Source of the DNA: a virus
Taxonomy: Duplodnaviria; Caudoviricetes
DNA: 56,953 nt
IMG/VR virus record: IMGVR_UViG_3300031746_000022
Location: 1-56,953 of that record
Strand: one strand, 5' to 3'
Numbering within the stretch: the first letter of the stretch is position 1; every line of letters starts with the position of its first letter. Under the pieces are notes generated by a model. The model worked only from the letters and a program-made list of their open reading frames with translations. It had not been told where the DNA came from and searched no databases. Shown piece after piece: positions 8,901 through 19,926 of the stretch. The position numbers and the translations under genes are program-made.

Positions 8901-10106
8901 TTATTTACCAAATACTATAGCTGTTGAGATAATGTCTTTTTTAGTAGCCATATCGTTGCCTATTGTGCCGGGGGTTGTGTGATTTGTTTTGGGCTCATCT
9001 AATACAGATGTAGCAATCATTGATGGACGAATAAGGTGAGTGGCATCTATGGTCGCACCAGCTGAGTTATCGGTAAGTTTTCCAATACCTCTAATAAGTA
9101 TAGATCCAGCCGTAATGGTGCTGTCAAGAATAATTTGCCCACTATTACAATCAATAGATACATAACCATCCATAGTTTTATTTTTAAGAGTAATTCCGCC
9201 GTTATAATTACGAAGAGAAAGGGCAGCCGCAACATTATTAAAATCTATAATGGGCGTGCTTGCTCCGGGGATCCCGCTCCAACAATTTAAAATATGAGCG
9301 TCGCCTCCTAAAACAATTGTTCCGGCAAGAACACAATCTTCGATAAATCCATCAACATAATTGAGATTAGTAATAAGGCAATTTTTGATATGCGATCCTC
9401 CATCCAACGTACCGCTAATACTTGCATCATTAAATTCACAATTTAACACACTAGCCGCAGGATCAATTATTAAAGTGCTTTTTGTTTGACTTTCTCCAAC
9501 AAAATTAATTCCATTATAATTTAAACCGGAGTCGATAGTTGCATTGCCCATAATATTAAATTCTGTAAATCCTCTTTCATTTGCAATAGCTATAGCATCA
9601 GCAAAATTATTAACTGGTTGTCGAGGCGTTCCAACAGGAAAGGTTGATCCAGAATAAGATGATGATAAGCTTAAATGTACGGCACCGCCAAAAGAAGCAT
9701 ATTGAATATCTGCTTGCTCTTGAATGGTGGCAGAGCTAGAGGCGGTAGTTACTACCTGCGTAAATGCAGTAGGATAAATTGGAGAAATATCTGCACCAAC
9801 CCCATCTACTGCGACAAGATTGCCTCCAGAGACGCGACATTGCACGTAGGTAGGTCCCGGACGAGCTTCAAAGGCTAAAACGGCATTTAAAAGAGTCAGC
9901 GTTATTCCTACTTTAACGCCGCCGCCTAAATTTTCTTTTCCTGCGGCAGATGCCAAAGTAGCATACTGTAAATTAGTCATATCATCTTCTAATTCACGAC
10001 AAGTATCTAATAAATCTTGAATAGTAATTTCGACAGAAGGAGACAGAACTGTTAAAATGCGTGGGGATGTCGCCCAATTTATCGTAACGTCTGCTCTTAC
10101 TGTCAT
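8901..10106 (-). CDS. Putative virion structural protein (beta-helix-like central region)
   Basis: 401 aa, Ile/Gly/Asn/Cys-rich short beta repeats; in tail cluster. Confidence 0.7.
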   Translation of the reverse strand: MTVRADVTINWATSPRILTVLSPSVEITIQDLLDTCRELEDDMTNLQYATLASAAGKENLGGGVKVGITLTLLNAVLAFEARPGPTYVQCRVSGGNLVAVDGVGADISPIYPTAFTQVVTTASSSATIQEQADIQYASFGGAVHLSLSSSYSGSTFPVGTPRQPVNNFADAIAIANERGFTEFNIMGNATIDSGLNYNGINFVGESQTKSTLIIDPAASVLNCEFNDASISGTLDGGSHIKNCLITNLNYVDGFIEDCVLAGTIVLGGDAHILNCWSGIPGASTPIIDFNNVAAALSLRNYNGGITLKNKTMDGYVSIDCNSGQIILDSTITAGSILIRGIGKLTDNSAGATIDATHLIRPSMIATSVLDEPKTNHTTPGTIGNDMATKKDIISTAIVFGK

Positions 10107-10109
10107 AAC

Positions 10110-10481
10110 TTACTCTTTTACATTTGTTTTAGATTTAAGAAACATAATCATGCTGGATTCATGATCCATTTTATCATACTCTTCAAGAATTGCTTTTTTT
10201 AAAAGAGTAATTGTTGCATTACGACTCTCCCTTGTCGATTTAATCTTTGGAAGATCTGAAAGTATCCACTCGCGCTCTGTATCAGATAACTTTGCGATGT
10301 TTAAATCATGATTTCTTATTTTATTTTCAAGAGTAGATTGCATGAACTCCTCTTGTTGAGAAGCTACGCGTTCATTTTTAATTGATTGCTCAAAAATATC
10401 AATATTTTCTTTTCTCTTATTTTGCAAATTTATAAGAGAGGATAAATCATATTTTTTTGCTTCTTGCTCTAAATTAATCAT
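10110..10481 (-). CDS. Coiled-coil hypothetical protein
   Basis: 123 aa, E/K-rich. Confidence 0.65.
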   Translation of the reverse strand: MINLEQEAKKYDLSSLINLQNKRKENIDIFEQSIKNERVASQQEEFMQSTLENKIRNHDLNIAKLSDTEREWILSDLPKIKSTRESRNATITLLKKAILEEYDKMDHESSMIMFLKSKTNVKE

Positions 10482-10482
10482 A

Positions 10483-10641
10483 TTATTTCTTCAATAAAGA
10501 CTCTTCATCAGATGATATAACCTCTTCGAAAGATTTTTCTTCATTAATTTTGATTAACCTGGTATCGCCATGTTTAAATGGCGTTTCAATGGGACTTCCA
10601 GGACCTTTGGTGTTAGTATATTTCTTCTTCTCTTTATCCAT
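10483..10641 (-). CDS. Small hypothetical protein (52 aa, not in ORF track)
   Basis: MDKEKKKYTNTKGPGSPIETPFKHGDTRLIKINEEKSFEEVISSDEESLLKK* fills the gap. Confidence 0.55.
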   Translation of the reverse strand: MDKEKKKYTNTKGPGSPIETPFKHGDTRLIKINEEKSFEEVISSDEESLLKK

Positions 10642-10660
10642 TTTGCGCTCACATTAAATA

Positions 10661-13090
10661 TTAGGTGAAGATTGGATCGGCTGTTCTAATAACCGATACG
10701 TTCATTCCAGCGGTAGTAATTGTCGATTCTGTTTCGAAAGGAAGAATTGTTCCTGCTTTTCGCGCACGAACAACAACCGGCACGTTGGCAAGATATGTAA
10801 CGCTTGCCGATTCGCTACCAGGAGAACCGCCAGTACCAACAGTTTCATAAGAGTCAAGAATTGGCACATAGATTGTATCTGATGTCGTAGTTGCGACCGG
10901 CAATGTATTTATTTCATATGAATCGCCAGTCCAATCGACAATTGGCGTAGTAGTAAGTGTCGTCTCAGAAACAACTACAGTTACATATGCTATAACAGCT
11001 TCAGTAGTATTTCTAATAAGATCTCCCACTTTAATTCCCCAGGTAACGAATGTTGCCGCAGCATCAAAAAGTGATGTGCTGGTTGATGTTGCGTCTGCAG
11101 TTAAAGCAGTTCGTGAAGATAGTGTAAATGTAGCGGTTGCATAACTATCATATCTTAAACGATATTCCGTGGTTGCGCTAGTATCAACGATTCGAACTAT
11201 GCCTCCAGCAGTTTTTCCAGGAGTATCATTTGTGATCGAAGATCCGGCAATAAGCGAGGTAGCTCCAGCAGATTGCACCGTTCCAAAATACTCTGCTTTG
11301 TTAATGATTCCACCAGCAGCAACTAATCTGAAAACGGCGACACGATCAGCGACTCTAGTGTTCGATACCTGCACAGTAACTTTGGTAGGTGCGACGACCG
11401 TAGTTCCAGTATCATCGGTAAGCTGGAACTTATTAACGTCTCCGACAAGATAATTCTTAAGAACAACGCCAGGCGCTGCGAACCAAGTTCCTCCGGCGAA
11501 AGCTCCAAATGGAGCGGCGCTGATAGGAGTAATAGATGTTGGAACGGCTGCTGAAACTTCATTAGATGCGATGCGTCTAACTATTTCACCGCTAGAAAAT
11601 GTTCCTCTTGAATTACGAAGAACTAAAATCTTTAAACCGGTATGATGTGCTACGACAGTTCCAGTAGCTCCGCTGGTTACTCCGGTTACGACGGTTCCTT
11701 CTGCAATAGATCCTGTTAATGCAGTGTAAGTCATACGGTAGTCAGAACCAATATAACGCTCACCCTCAATACCATCTGTGGCAGTTGTTGTAGTTCCGCC
11801 TCGACGAGTTAAAAACTGCGACCATTGATAGCCTTGAAGAACCGAATAGGTAGATACAAGATCGATTGCGATTGAATAAGGCTCAACTGTACCGTTTTCT
11901 GTCACGTCTTGCGTTACGTCCGCGGCATGGGTTATGGTTGATGTATATGTTACGATTGCCGTGCTTGTTGGAGCGGCAGAAGTACAAGTACCTAATGATG
12001 TATTACCTTTAATAGTATTCGTATTAATGAAATCGGTAAGGTCCCCTATCAAATAATAGGTAAGCGTTGGTGTTGTTCCTGGAGAGCCCGTAACTGCCGT
12101 AAGAACGGCTTTTGCCGTTGCGGCTGATAGGGCGCCAGCTGCTGGTGTATAAATAATTTCACCGACGACGAACGTTCCAGTTCCTGCCGTAGATGTAAAG
12201 GTTCTATAGCCTTGAAGACTATTGTTAAGGTCTGATCCTGTTTGAAGAGGGATAGGGTTACGACCTCCAGCAGAAAGACCAGAAGTGAAGTGCGCATATG
12301 ATTGATCGGCTTGACGAGCGAACACGGTAACGAAACCGCCATCGATAGATGTACCCATTTCTGTTACAGGAATAAGAACGTCAAGAGTGCCGCTTGGCCA
12401 CCAAGAGAACGTTCCTTTATATGCTGTAAGTTTAACTGCATTTTGATAAACGTATTGTTCGGTATTAGAAACTAAGGTAGCGATACCTGTGTTATAAATA
12501 TTAGCCCAAAGCATTTCTCCAGAAACCGCGGCTGTTGCTTGAGTTACGGAGGCAGCAGAACCGCCGGTTACAGTAATTGTTCCTACTGTTCCTGACCAAT
12601 CATTACCGGCAGCAAAAGTTGCTGGACGAATCCAAGCATACTTTACGCCACTGTAAGTAGCAAAGTCAAGAAGAGTACCAGTAGAGGTGCTGGTTGCATT
12701 TGTAACTGTTTTACCAATATCGCCCGTAATAAAATCAGTACCAATAGTATAGGTAATTCTTACAATTCCGGTGTTCGTTCCAGTTGCACGAAGCCATCCG
12801 CTTGATTTAAGCGCACCGCCATAAAGATGTTCTACCGACGTTTTATCAATAAACCAAGGATCTTTATCGGAAGGATCGATAATACCAATAGTATATTCGG
12901 TAGGCGTTTGAGCGCTGATAGCCGAACCATCGTCCATTTGATTAAGTTCATCTAAAAGATCGGCTAAAGCAGAATATAATTGATTGGTTGTTCTGGTTCC
13001 AGTGGCAGATCCGGTCCAAACAACGCGTTTTTGACGGGTTTCTGCTAAATAATAAACTGTAAAGTCGCCGCCAAGGATGGTATCACTCAT
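10661..13090 (-). CDS. Large Thr/Gly-rich virion structural protein (tail/fibre)
   Basis: 809 aa; recurring GTF..GE / G..VTG.TSGATG beta motifs; GGAG RBS. Confidence 0.75.
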   Translation of the reverse strand: MSDTILGGDFTVYYLAETRQKRVVWTGSATGTRTTNQLYSALADLLDELNQMDDGSAISAQTPTEYTIGIIDPSDKDPWFIDKTSVEHLYGGALKSSGWLRATGTNTGIVRITYTIGTDFITGDIGKTVTNATSTSTGTLLDFATYSGVKYAWIRPATFAAGNDWSGTVGTITVTGGSAASVTQATAAVSGEMLWANIYNTGIATLVSNTEQYVYQNAVKLTAYKGTFSWWPSGTLDVLIPVTEMGTSIDGGFVTVFARQADQSYAHFTSGLSAGGRNPIPLQTGSDLNNSLQGYRTFTSTAGTGTFVVGEIIYTPAAGALSAATAKAVLTAVTGSPGTTPTLTYYLIGDLTDFINTNTIKGNTSLGTCTSAAPTSTAIVTYTSTITHAADVTQDVTENGTVEPYSIAIDLVSTYSVLQGYQWSQFLTRRGGTTTTATDGIEGERYIGSDYRMTYTALTGSIAEGTVVTGVTSGATGTVVAHHTGLKILVLRNSRGTFSSGEIVRRIASNEVSAAVPTSITPISAAPFGAFAGGTWFAAPGVVLKNYLVGDVNKFQLTDDTGTTVVAPTKVTVQVSNTRVADRVAVFRLVAAGGIINKAEYFGTVQSAGATSLIAGSSITNDTPGKTAGGIVRIVDTSATTEYRLRYDSYATATFTLSSRTALTADATSTSTSLFDAAATFVTWGIKVGDLIRNTTEAVIAYVTVVVSETTLTTTPIVDWTGDSYEINTLPVATTTSDTIYVPILDSYETVGTGGSPGSESASVTYLANVPVVVRARKAGTILPFETESTITTAGMNVSVIRTADPIFT

Positions 13091-13163
13091 TATTTATCTC
13101 TCCAGTAATTTAACAGATCTCTAATATAATAGGTAAAAAGTAGTAGTAGTTTAATTAATTTAA

Positions 13164-15725
13164 TTAAACAGATGCTATCGTATCAGTTAATAATGTATAA
13201 GTTGCGGTTAATCCGGCTGAAGTAATTGTTCCTGATGCATCATTATTAATATATCGCGTTGTCCCTGTACTAGTTTTACGAATGCGAATATAAACGTCAG
13301 TATTTGAAGCGAAAGCAAATGTATTTGTAACTATTCCGCTCGCATCAGTTAATGAATTAATCAATTCAGTATTATCAGAAGATTTATAAACGGCTACGCG
13401 GGCATTTTGAATTGCGACTCCAACGCTATTTTTAACCGTTATAGTAATGGTAACTGAGGCGCTAATGGTGGTAACCGCATCATCAACCTCTTCACTTGAT
13501 GTTAGAAGTGGTGCTCCGCCCGTACCAGTAACGTTTACTGTAGTTGCTCCGCTAGAATCATCGCGAATATCAACTAAATTACCAGAAAAATTATTATTTG
13601 TCGAACTGTATGTGCCGGTTGTTTGCAAACCCAGCGCACGAGCATTATTGATAAAATTGCTAGTGCCAAAACTATCCGTTGCGGATAGTACAACAAGCGC
13701 GCCTAGCTTATCTGTAATTGGTCCGGCAGCAAAAGAGCGAAGACGCGGCAATTCTCCTGTAGCGCCTACTTGATCGTTCCTCGCGTCTCCACGAATACCA
13801 ACGCGACGATTTGTTTGATGTGTGGCAGAGGTTGTTGCCATCTTGTAACCATCAACAAATCCCTCGATAATAGTACCTCGTCCAATAAGTTGAACCATAT
13901 AATCAGTATCTTCTGCAAACGTATATGTAGTTGGACCTACCACGGTCGTATCGGTTCCAGTCGTAGTGCTAATCAATGTAATTTGATTATTTCTAAGATC
14001 ACACTTTAGATACCAATAGCTTGCTGTTGTTGCTGCGGCGCCGCGAATAGTTGGTCCCATTGCTCCTTGCAATGATCCGGCACTTGGCCATCTAAGAATA
14101 CATTCCGCATAATGATCATCAGAGCCGACGCCAGACGAATCGATAACGCGCTCATCGCCATTACCAGTTTCATTTATAAGACCGGTTGTACTCGTAGTCA
14201 TAACCGTAGCCGATAGGGCAAGAATAACTTTTGTGGCGTTATTGCCAGCATTGGTAAATCCAGACCACGTAACAGTCTGTCCAACACGGAATAAATCTGT
14301 AATATATGAGCCAGCAGAACGAGTATAGGTGCCTCCCGCTGCCGCCACTGTTACTGTTAATGCTGCAGAATCAATAGCTTCTAATTGAACTACTTCTTTT
14401 GTGTCCGCGCCTCCAGGGTCCTGAAGTTCTACATAATTAACTTTTACAGGACAATTCCAAAATGTACCTGCTGCAACGTTTAGCCAAGACTTCATTGGAT
14501 CAGCAACCGCTAATGCCTCGGCGGCGGCAGCGTCATTAATAAAATCTTCAAATATTTTATTAGCTCCACCCGTATTGGCGATAAAATTGCAAGCTAAAAC
14601 TGTGACAGGTCCTGCTTGAAAAGAGCCACAACCAACCAGCGTATTTCCAATAAATTCATCACCGGCGGCGTTGGCGGACATATCTATTCCACCTCTAATT
14701 TGTTTAAATGTAGTTCCATATATTTTTGTTGCTTCAACCGAGCCGTCATCGAAGTCAAATGCGACGGTCCCTCGATGACCAGTAAATAATGGACCATTAC
14801 GTCCTGAGGCTGTTGTGCCAGTGCCTACCTTTTGTCCAAAGGTTATGATTGTGTCTCCAGTACCATTACCACGAAAATCAAGTCCATGATACGGTAATCC
14901 AGTATTTGGATTTAGATCTTTAACGCTCGCGCGCTCACCCGTTCCATCGTAATATGTTCGACGTTCCCAAACAAGAATTTCATCTTCACTTGTAAAAGTA
15001 GTAGCGTTTGTTGATACGCCGTCGCCAATAACCAATTTGCCATTAACATAAAGAATTCCTGCGCGATCGGAGAGAACACCATAACGATTTCCTACGGTAC
15101 CATAATCGGCAGTATTCATTTCTGTAAAACCGGCGCCGGAGGTGGTGTTCGTTCCTCTACAACGTAATTCACCGAGACCATAAGATATTTGATCGATTCC
15201 GAAATTTTGACCTTTAGCAGTAGCTGTGGTCTTCATAGTTCCACCGAACCAGCGCAAAGATGTCATATCAACGCCGCCTCCGAATGTTGAAGTTGGAAGA
15301 AGAGTAGGATCAATAACATAACATTTCCAGCCAGTTTCACCAGTAATGGTGTCAGATCCATCTACGTTCCATGCACTCCATACTCCAGCAGCTGCAGCGG
15401 GCGCCGTTGCGCCGGAACCAATTACAATGCGCATTCCTCCGTTTGCACGAGTATCACAAAGTTGAACTACATTAGTTCTCATCCAAATATAAATTAATTT
15501 TCCGGCATGAGTTGTTGTAAAATTAAGACCGGTAGTAGCATCGAAACACATTCCTTTTTCAGTGCCAACACCCGTAACACCACGTGAAATACAGCCGGTT
15601 CCTTGAATAAAAAAGTCCGTTTCTAATGCTTCAGTTCCAGTACCACCTGCACCAAAATTTGTCCAACCAGTAAGAGTGTCGGCACTGGCTATGACCGTTA
15701 AATCTGTTGTTATTGTTAATGCCAT
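13164..15725 (-). CDS. Large multidomain tail fibre/adhesin-like structural protein
   Basis: 853 aa, T/G/A-rich; C-terminal Ig/carboxypeptidase-regulatory-like pattern ITITVKN..G.AIQNARV. Confidence 0.7.
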   Translation of the reverse strand: MALTITTDLTVIASADTLTGWTNFGAGGTGTEALETDFFIQGTGCISRGVTGVGTEKGMCFDATTGLNFTTTHAGKLIYIWMRTNVVQLCDTRANGGMRIVIGSGATAPAAAAGVWSAWNVDGSDTITGETGWKCYVIDPTLLPTSTFGGGVDMTSLRWFGGTMKTTATAKGQNFGIDQISYGLGELRCRGTNTTSGAGFTEMNTADYGTVGNRYGVLSDRAGILYVNGKLVIGDGVSTNATTFTSEDEILVWERRTYYDGTGERASVKDLNPNTGLPYHGLDFRGNGTGDTIITFGQKVGTGTTASGRNGPLFTGHRGTVAFDFDDGSVEATKIYGTTFKQIRGGIDMSANAAGDEFIGNTLVGCGSFQAGPVTVLACNFIANTGGANKIFEDFINDAAAAEALAVADPMKSWLNVAAGTFWNCPVKVNYVELQDPGGADTKEVVQLEAIDSAALTVTVAAAGGTYTRSAGSYITDLFRVGQTVTWSGFTNAGNNATKVILALSATVMTTSTTGLINETGNGDERVIDSSGVGSDDHYAECILRWPSAGSLQGAMGPTIRGAAATTASYWYLKCDLRNNQITLISTTTGTDTTVVGPTTYTFAEDTDYMVQLIGRGTIIEGFVDGYKMATTSATHQTNRRVGIRGDARNDQVGATGELPRLRSFAAGPITDKLGALVVLSATDSFGTSNFINNARALGLQTTGTYSSTNNNFSGNLVDIRDDSSGATTVNVTGTGGAPLLTSSEEVDDAVTTISASVTITITVKNSVGVAIQNARVAVYKSSDNTELINSLTDASGIVTNTFAFASNTDVYIRIRKTSTGTTRYINNDASGTITSAGLTATYTLLTDTIASV

Positions 15726-15734
15726 TTACTTGTC

Positions 15735-16202
15735 TTAAGTGTATAATTCTGTCAAACGATCATTCCATATTGCTTTTTTAGATGACCATTGGGTGCTAAC
15801 CGGTGTTCCCGAAGATAATATAACTTTTTTTATAGTCCATACGGCTGCACTAGTTAATGAATCGATGGGCGCGGTGCCTATATAATATGTATTATTATCG
15901 CTTAAATCGTATAATTCTTTATATCCACCATCTTTAAAAATACTCTTAGAGTAAGATGCTGAAATTGCTAAAGCTAATGCTGCATTTTTGCTGCTTGCTA
16001 CAAAAGAAACCTCGCTTAAATTAGTTAAAAAATCAGTAATATCGCCACCTGCCGTAATTAAAGTGGTAAAAATATCCGAATTTAAAACTAAAACTAAATA
16101 ATATGAATCTGGACCTACGGTATCTTGAAAATAATATATGGTGCCATTTATATTTGATCTAACAGTTTTAAAAGTAGTATAATCTATTTGAAGTTCTTCC
16201 AT
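15735..16202 (-). CDS. Structural-cluster protein
   Basis: Likely start MEELQ at 16202 (TAATG coupling); C-terminal YYIG.AP...TS.AVW.IK...WNDR motif seen in phage tail clusters. Confidence 0.65.
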   Translation of the reverse strand: MEELQIDYTTFKTVRSNINGTIYYFQDTVGPDSYYLVLVLNSDIFTTLITAGGDITDFLTNLSEVSFVASSKNAALALAISASYSKSIFKDGGYKELYDLSDNNTYYIGTAPIDSLTSAAVWTIKKVILSSGTPVSTQWSSKKAIWNDRLTELYT

Positions 16203-16864
16203 TATATCTCCTTCCAAAAAAATGAAGTTTTTATATTAACCCCAGTTACTATTGTAGAAGCTACAGTAGAATATATCTCAAACCCTTCATTAATTGAAGA
16301 TCTTAATCTAATTGGTTTCATATTTATATTAGATTCAAAAATAACTATATCATTAGTAGTAACCGCAGGTAAAATATTAAATCCAAATAAATTTCCAGCC
16401 GATCTTGTTGGAGCATTCGCTCCCGTTCTAAATGTTAGTGTGCTTGCCGTATCGGCATTATCTAACGCCTTAATAGTTTGACTTATTCCTCCTGGAGTTC
16501 CATTTTCAGCGGTAATAAAATTACCACCAATAGCCAATTCTCCATTTTTACCATTGCTCCATGAAATTATTATTTTAATAATTTCAATCGTTTTAGTATT
16601 AGCGCTTGGATGCCATAAATAAGCTAAAGAACTCGTGGATGCTACGACGGTGCTCGTTGTAACATGCACCGGATTGCTTGATGAATAAGTTAAATTATTG
16701 CTATTAGTAATTCTTAAATTACCCAAATTATCTGATTGCAATGTTCTAGCATTGGTACCATCAGATCCGGATATAAGAACCGGATTATAATTAATTGATG
16801 AGCCGCTAGCGCCAGCGCCGGCGATCACTTGTGTTTCAAGAATTCCATTTCTACGGATTTTCAT
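16202..16864 (-). CDS. Structural protein (fibre-tip-like)
   Basis: Likely start MKIRR at 16864 (TAATG overlap); NPVLISGSDGTNARTL motif. Confidence 0.65.
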   Translation of the reverse strand: MKIRRNGILETQVIAGAGASGSSINYNPVLISGSDGTNARTLQSDNLGNLRITNSNNLTYSSSNPVHVTTSTVVASTSSLAYLWHPSANTKTIEIIKIIISWSNGKNGELAIGGNFITAENGTPGGISQTIKALDNADTASTLTFRTGANAPTRSAGNLFGFNILPAVTTNDIVIFESNINMKPIRLRSSINEGFEIYSTVASTIVTGVNIKTSFFWKEI

Positions 16865-18624
16865 TAATGCACCTCTCGCCAATTAAATCCGGCAAAACAG
16901 TCAGCATTATTATTTCCAATTCTAGTAACGCAAATGGTAACATTATCTTGCGTTCCATCGGCATTTAATGTTAGCGGTAATGTTTTTAAATTAATTTGCC
17001 CCGCAACACTTAATGGTCCTCGTGTCGTTGATGATACATAATCTTGATATATTGCCCGCCCGCCTGTAATGGCTGTAGCCGCCTGATCAAACTCGGAATG
17101 ACTATCAACATCTACCGATGTCCAAGATGCCCCTGTAAGTGTTCCTCCCATAATTATTTCAATAAAAAGATTATCTGCGGTTGTTGCTAAAAATGATATA
17201 TTATTCCATATTAAATGAACGTTATTAACCAATGCATTAAAAGTTAATTTTGGTCTTAATGAAATTAATGGAGTTCTGGTTCCTAAACCTAATGTAGTTT
17301 TTGCTGTCGTTCTAGCAGCAGAATATGTAATTCCTAATGGATCGTGTCCGCCTTCGGAAGACACAGACGCACAAATGCACTGCATAGAGGCTACCGACCC
17401 GGTGCTTTCTAGATACCATCGAATTGGTAAGCTCCCAGCTCGCATATAAGCGGTTGTTACGACATTTGAAAATATAAATTGATGCACATATATAAGTGTT
17501 CCGCCAATATCTAAACCAACACGAATTCTACCTACACCAAGCCACGATAAATCAATAACCAAATGATAAGCTACAGATGTTGCCAATGTGTAACCACTAG
17601 TGCCATATCCGTCAAGCTTATCTATATTCCAATTTGCTTGAGTTACTGTTTGATTTGCAATTGTAGATGATAAAAATATAAGCCGCATTGTGCCGCTATT
17701 ATTTTCTAAGAAAATGCCATCATAACCATCACCATACCCCATGCCAGCAATAGCTGATGCGCCATCAAGCGTACCCGTCATACGGATAAAATGACTTTTA
17801 CCTGAAAGATAAATTATATGTTGGTGTGACTGATAAACTATTTTTCTTCCAGCAGTGGCGGGTACCGAAAGCGTCGCGACAGGGGAGTTGTGCGTAATAC
17901 TTGTGCTAGCATCTTGTCGCTGCAACCCCATTAGCCTTGGAGCCAAATCATATTGATGTGTAACCTCAAAAAGAGATTGTGAATTTGAAATGCGTAATCT
18001 TCCAAAAGCATCAGTGGATCCAGAGTTATTTGAATCTATAGAGATGGATCCTATATGACTTGTTCCAGAGCCTAATATTGGATTAACTCCAGATACTGGC
18101 GTTGAAACTTTTGAAGTTAATGTAATATCAGCAAGGCACGCCGCTCCGGCTTGTGATATTGTTAATGTTACTATTGTTCCAGTATCAATAGCATAATCCT
18201 CAAAATCCAGTTCTAAAAGTAGCGATGTATTTGCTGTTTCAGAAAAAAGTATAGTTACACCATCTATAGACACAGAAATATTACGAGATGCCGTTGTTGA
18301 GAATCTTAATTCTAATGCCGCCAATAAAGCGTCATTTGTAAATGTTACGCTTGCAGAATATATACCGGCATTAATATTATAACCATCTACTGCCAAATTA
18401 GTTTCGATTGATAGGTTTTGAATATTTGGCATCGTAGCATTTTGAATGCTAACTGGCCAAGCGTTTATGCTGGAATTTGGTGCGCCTTGATCAACTTTAC
18501 CTATGGTGCTCGTGCCCGGTGCTAATTTTGCTTCAACCTGAAGACGATAAAATACACCATCAATGACGGTTCCAACTGGATTGCCATTTACATCAAACAG
18601 AATTGCCGCAGGTGAATCTGCCAT
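16864..18624 (-). CDS. Virion structural protein
   Basis: 586 aa; DAFGRLR.S...LF, Q..WN.DKLDG.G.SG and WLGVGR.R.G motifs of a common large-phage structural family; three DGY. Confidence 0.75.
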   Translation of the reverse strand: MADSPAAILFDVNGNPVGTVIDGVFYRLQVEAKLAPGTSTIGKVDQGAPNSSINAWPVSIQNATMPNIQNLSIETNLAVDGYNINAGIYSASVTFTNDALLAALELRFSTTASRNISVSIDGVTILFSETANTSLLLELDFEDYAIDTGTIVTLTISQAGAACLADITLTSKVSTPVSGVNPILGSGTSHIGSISIDSNNSGSTDAFGRLRISNSQSLFEVTHQYDLAPRLMGLQRQDASTSITHNSPVATLSVPATAGRKIVYQSHQHIIYLSGKSHFIRMTGTLDGASAIAGMGYGDGYDGIFLENNSGTMRLIFLSSTIANQTVTQANWNIDKLDGYGTSGYTLATSVAYHLVIDLSWLGVGRIRVGLDIGGTLIYVHQFIFSNVVTTAYMRAGSLPIRWYLESTGSVASMQCICASVSSEGGHDPLGITYSAARTTAKTTLGLGTRTPLISLRPKLTFNALVNNVHLIWNNISFLATTADNLFIEIIMGGTLTGASWTSVDVDSHSEFDQAATAITGGRAIYQDYVSSTTRGPLSVAGQINLKTLPLTLNADGTQDNVTICVTRIGNNNADCFAGFNWREVH

Positions 18625-19289
18625 TAGGTAATTACTCTCGTTCTAGATGATTCAAATGGAGAGCTTCCATTATAAGCAAATGTATCCGTTACCGTCGCCA
18701 ATAAAATACCGCCTTCGTCATAAACTTTCCAGACAGTTACGGTTATTCTTTTATTAGCATCATATGATAAGTTCTTCTCCACAATTTTAAGTGATTTAGA
18801 GCTTGAATCCCACCAGGTAATAGATGTCGGAAAAGGATTATCTAATGGCAATGTTTCCCTGTAGGCTCCAGAAGCAAAACCCTCTAGTGGTCCGCCAACT
18901 CCATCTGCTAAATGGATCAGCTGTCTCAACGTTTCGTGTTGAGTTTCTGTTATTCCAGATCCTATTGCAGTTACTTCAAGACCATCTGTAATTCCGGCTT
19001 GCATTAAAAATGTTTTTTGAGTATCATTAAATTGTAATAGATCGATATCGCTACAAATAACTCTAATTTCTTGTGCTCTCAATTTATTTCTTAATGTTCC
19101 TTTAAGAAGGGAAGCTCTAATTTCCGCTTCATCAATGCCTGGGATACGTAACAAATCTCTTGTCGTGCCAACGGGGATTGGATAATCAAATATACGAATT
19201 GTTTTATTACTATTTGTAATCACATTCATCACAATAAAACAACCATTAATTGGATCATTAAAAGGATATTGTGTAGCTGAGTCGGTCAT
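18624..19289 (-). CDS. Structural-cluster protein
   Basis: 221 aa, translationally coupled on both sides; H..LRQLIH motif. Confidence 0.65.
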   Translation of the reverse strand: MTDSATQYPFNDPINGCFIVMNVITNSNKTIRIFDYPIPVGTTRDLLRIPGIDEAEIRASLLKGTLRNKLRAQEIRVICSDIDLLQFNDTQKTFLMQAGITDGLEVTAIGSGITETQHETLRQLIHLADGVGGPLEGFASGAYRETLPLDNPFPTSITWWDSSSKSLKIVEKNLSYDANKRITVTVWKVYDEGGILLATVTDTFAYNGSSPFESSRTRVIT

Positions 19290-19918
19290 TTGTTACCTAA
19301 TAATCTAATAAAATCTTCTGGTAATTTATCACTTTTACGCATATTACACGAGGCGCAAGAAGGTCTTACATTTGCTAACGAATGCATTCCGCCTTTTGAT
19401 AAAGGAATGTAATGATCTATATGTTCGAATTTTCCGAATTCACAATAAAAACAACTACTACCATATCTATTAATAATATCTATTTTTTCAAATTTTTCTA
19501 CTGTAACACCTTTTTTTAATAATTTTCGCCTTTTAACAGCCATTAATTTGCTATCTTTATTATTTACTTGATATTCTTTTACTCTATTTTTTATTTCTTC
19601 TTTATTTTTTTGATAATATATAGCGGATCGAATTGCATGTGCTTCTTTATTATCATCATAATATTGTTTTTGTTCAATTGATAATTCTTCTTTGTTATTT
19701 TGATAATATTTAGCTTTATTTAATTTTAATTCTTCTTTATTTATTGTTCTGTATTCTTTTTGATATTTTTTATATTCAATAATTTTATTGTCTTGTTTTT
19801 TTTTAGCACATACTTTACAATACACGGCGCGGCCGCATTTTGTTGCGTTATTTTTATGAAATTCACTAAATTCTTTAATGTTACCACAATCCGGACATTT
19901 TTTAACTAAATTAGTCAT
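19286..19918 (-). CDS. HNH homing endonuclease
   Basis: CPDC...CKVC; CFYC...DHYIPLSKGG.H...N....C..CN..K. Confidence 0.9.
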   Translation of the reverse strand: MTNLVKKCPDCGNIKEFSEFHKNNATKCGRAVYCKVCAKKKQDNKIIEYKKYQKEYRTINKEELKLNKAKYYQNNKEELSIEQKQYYDDNKEAHAIRSAIYYQKNKEEIKNRVKEYQVNNKDSKLMAVKRRKLLKKGVTVEKFEKIDIINRYGSSCFYCEFGKFEHIDHYIPLSKGGMHSLANVRPSCASCNMRKSDKLPEDFIRLLGNK

Positions 19919-19926
19919 AACTGCCT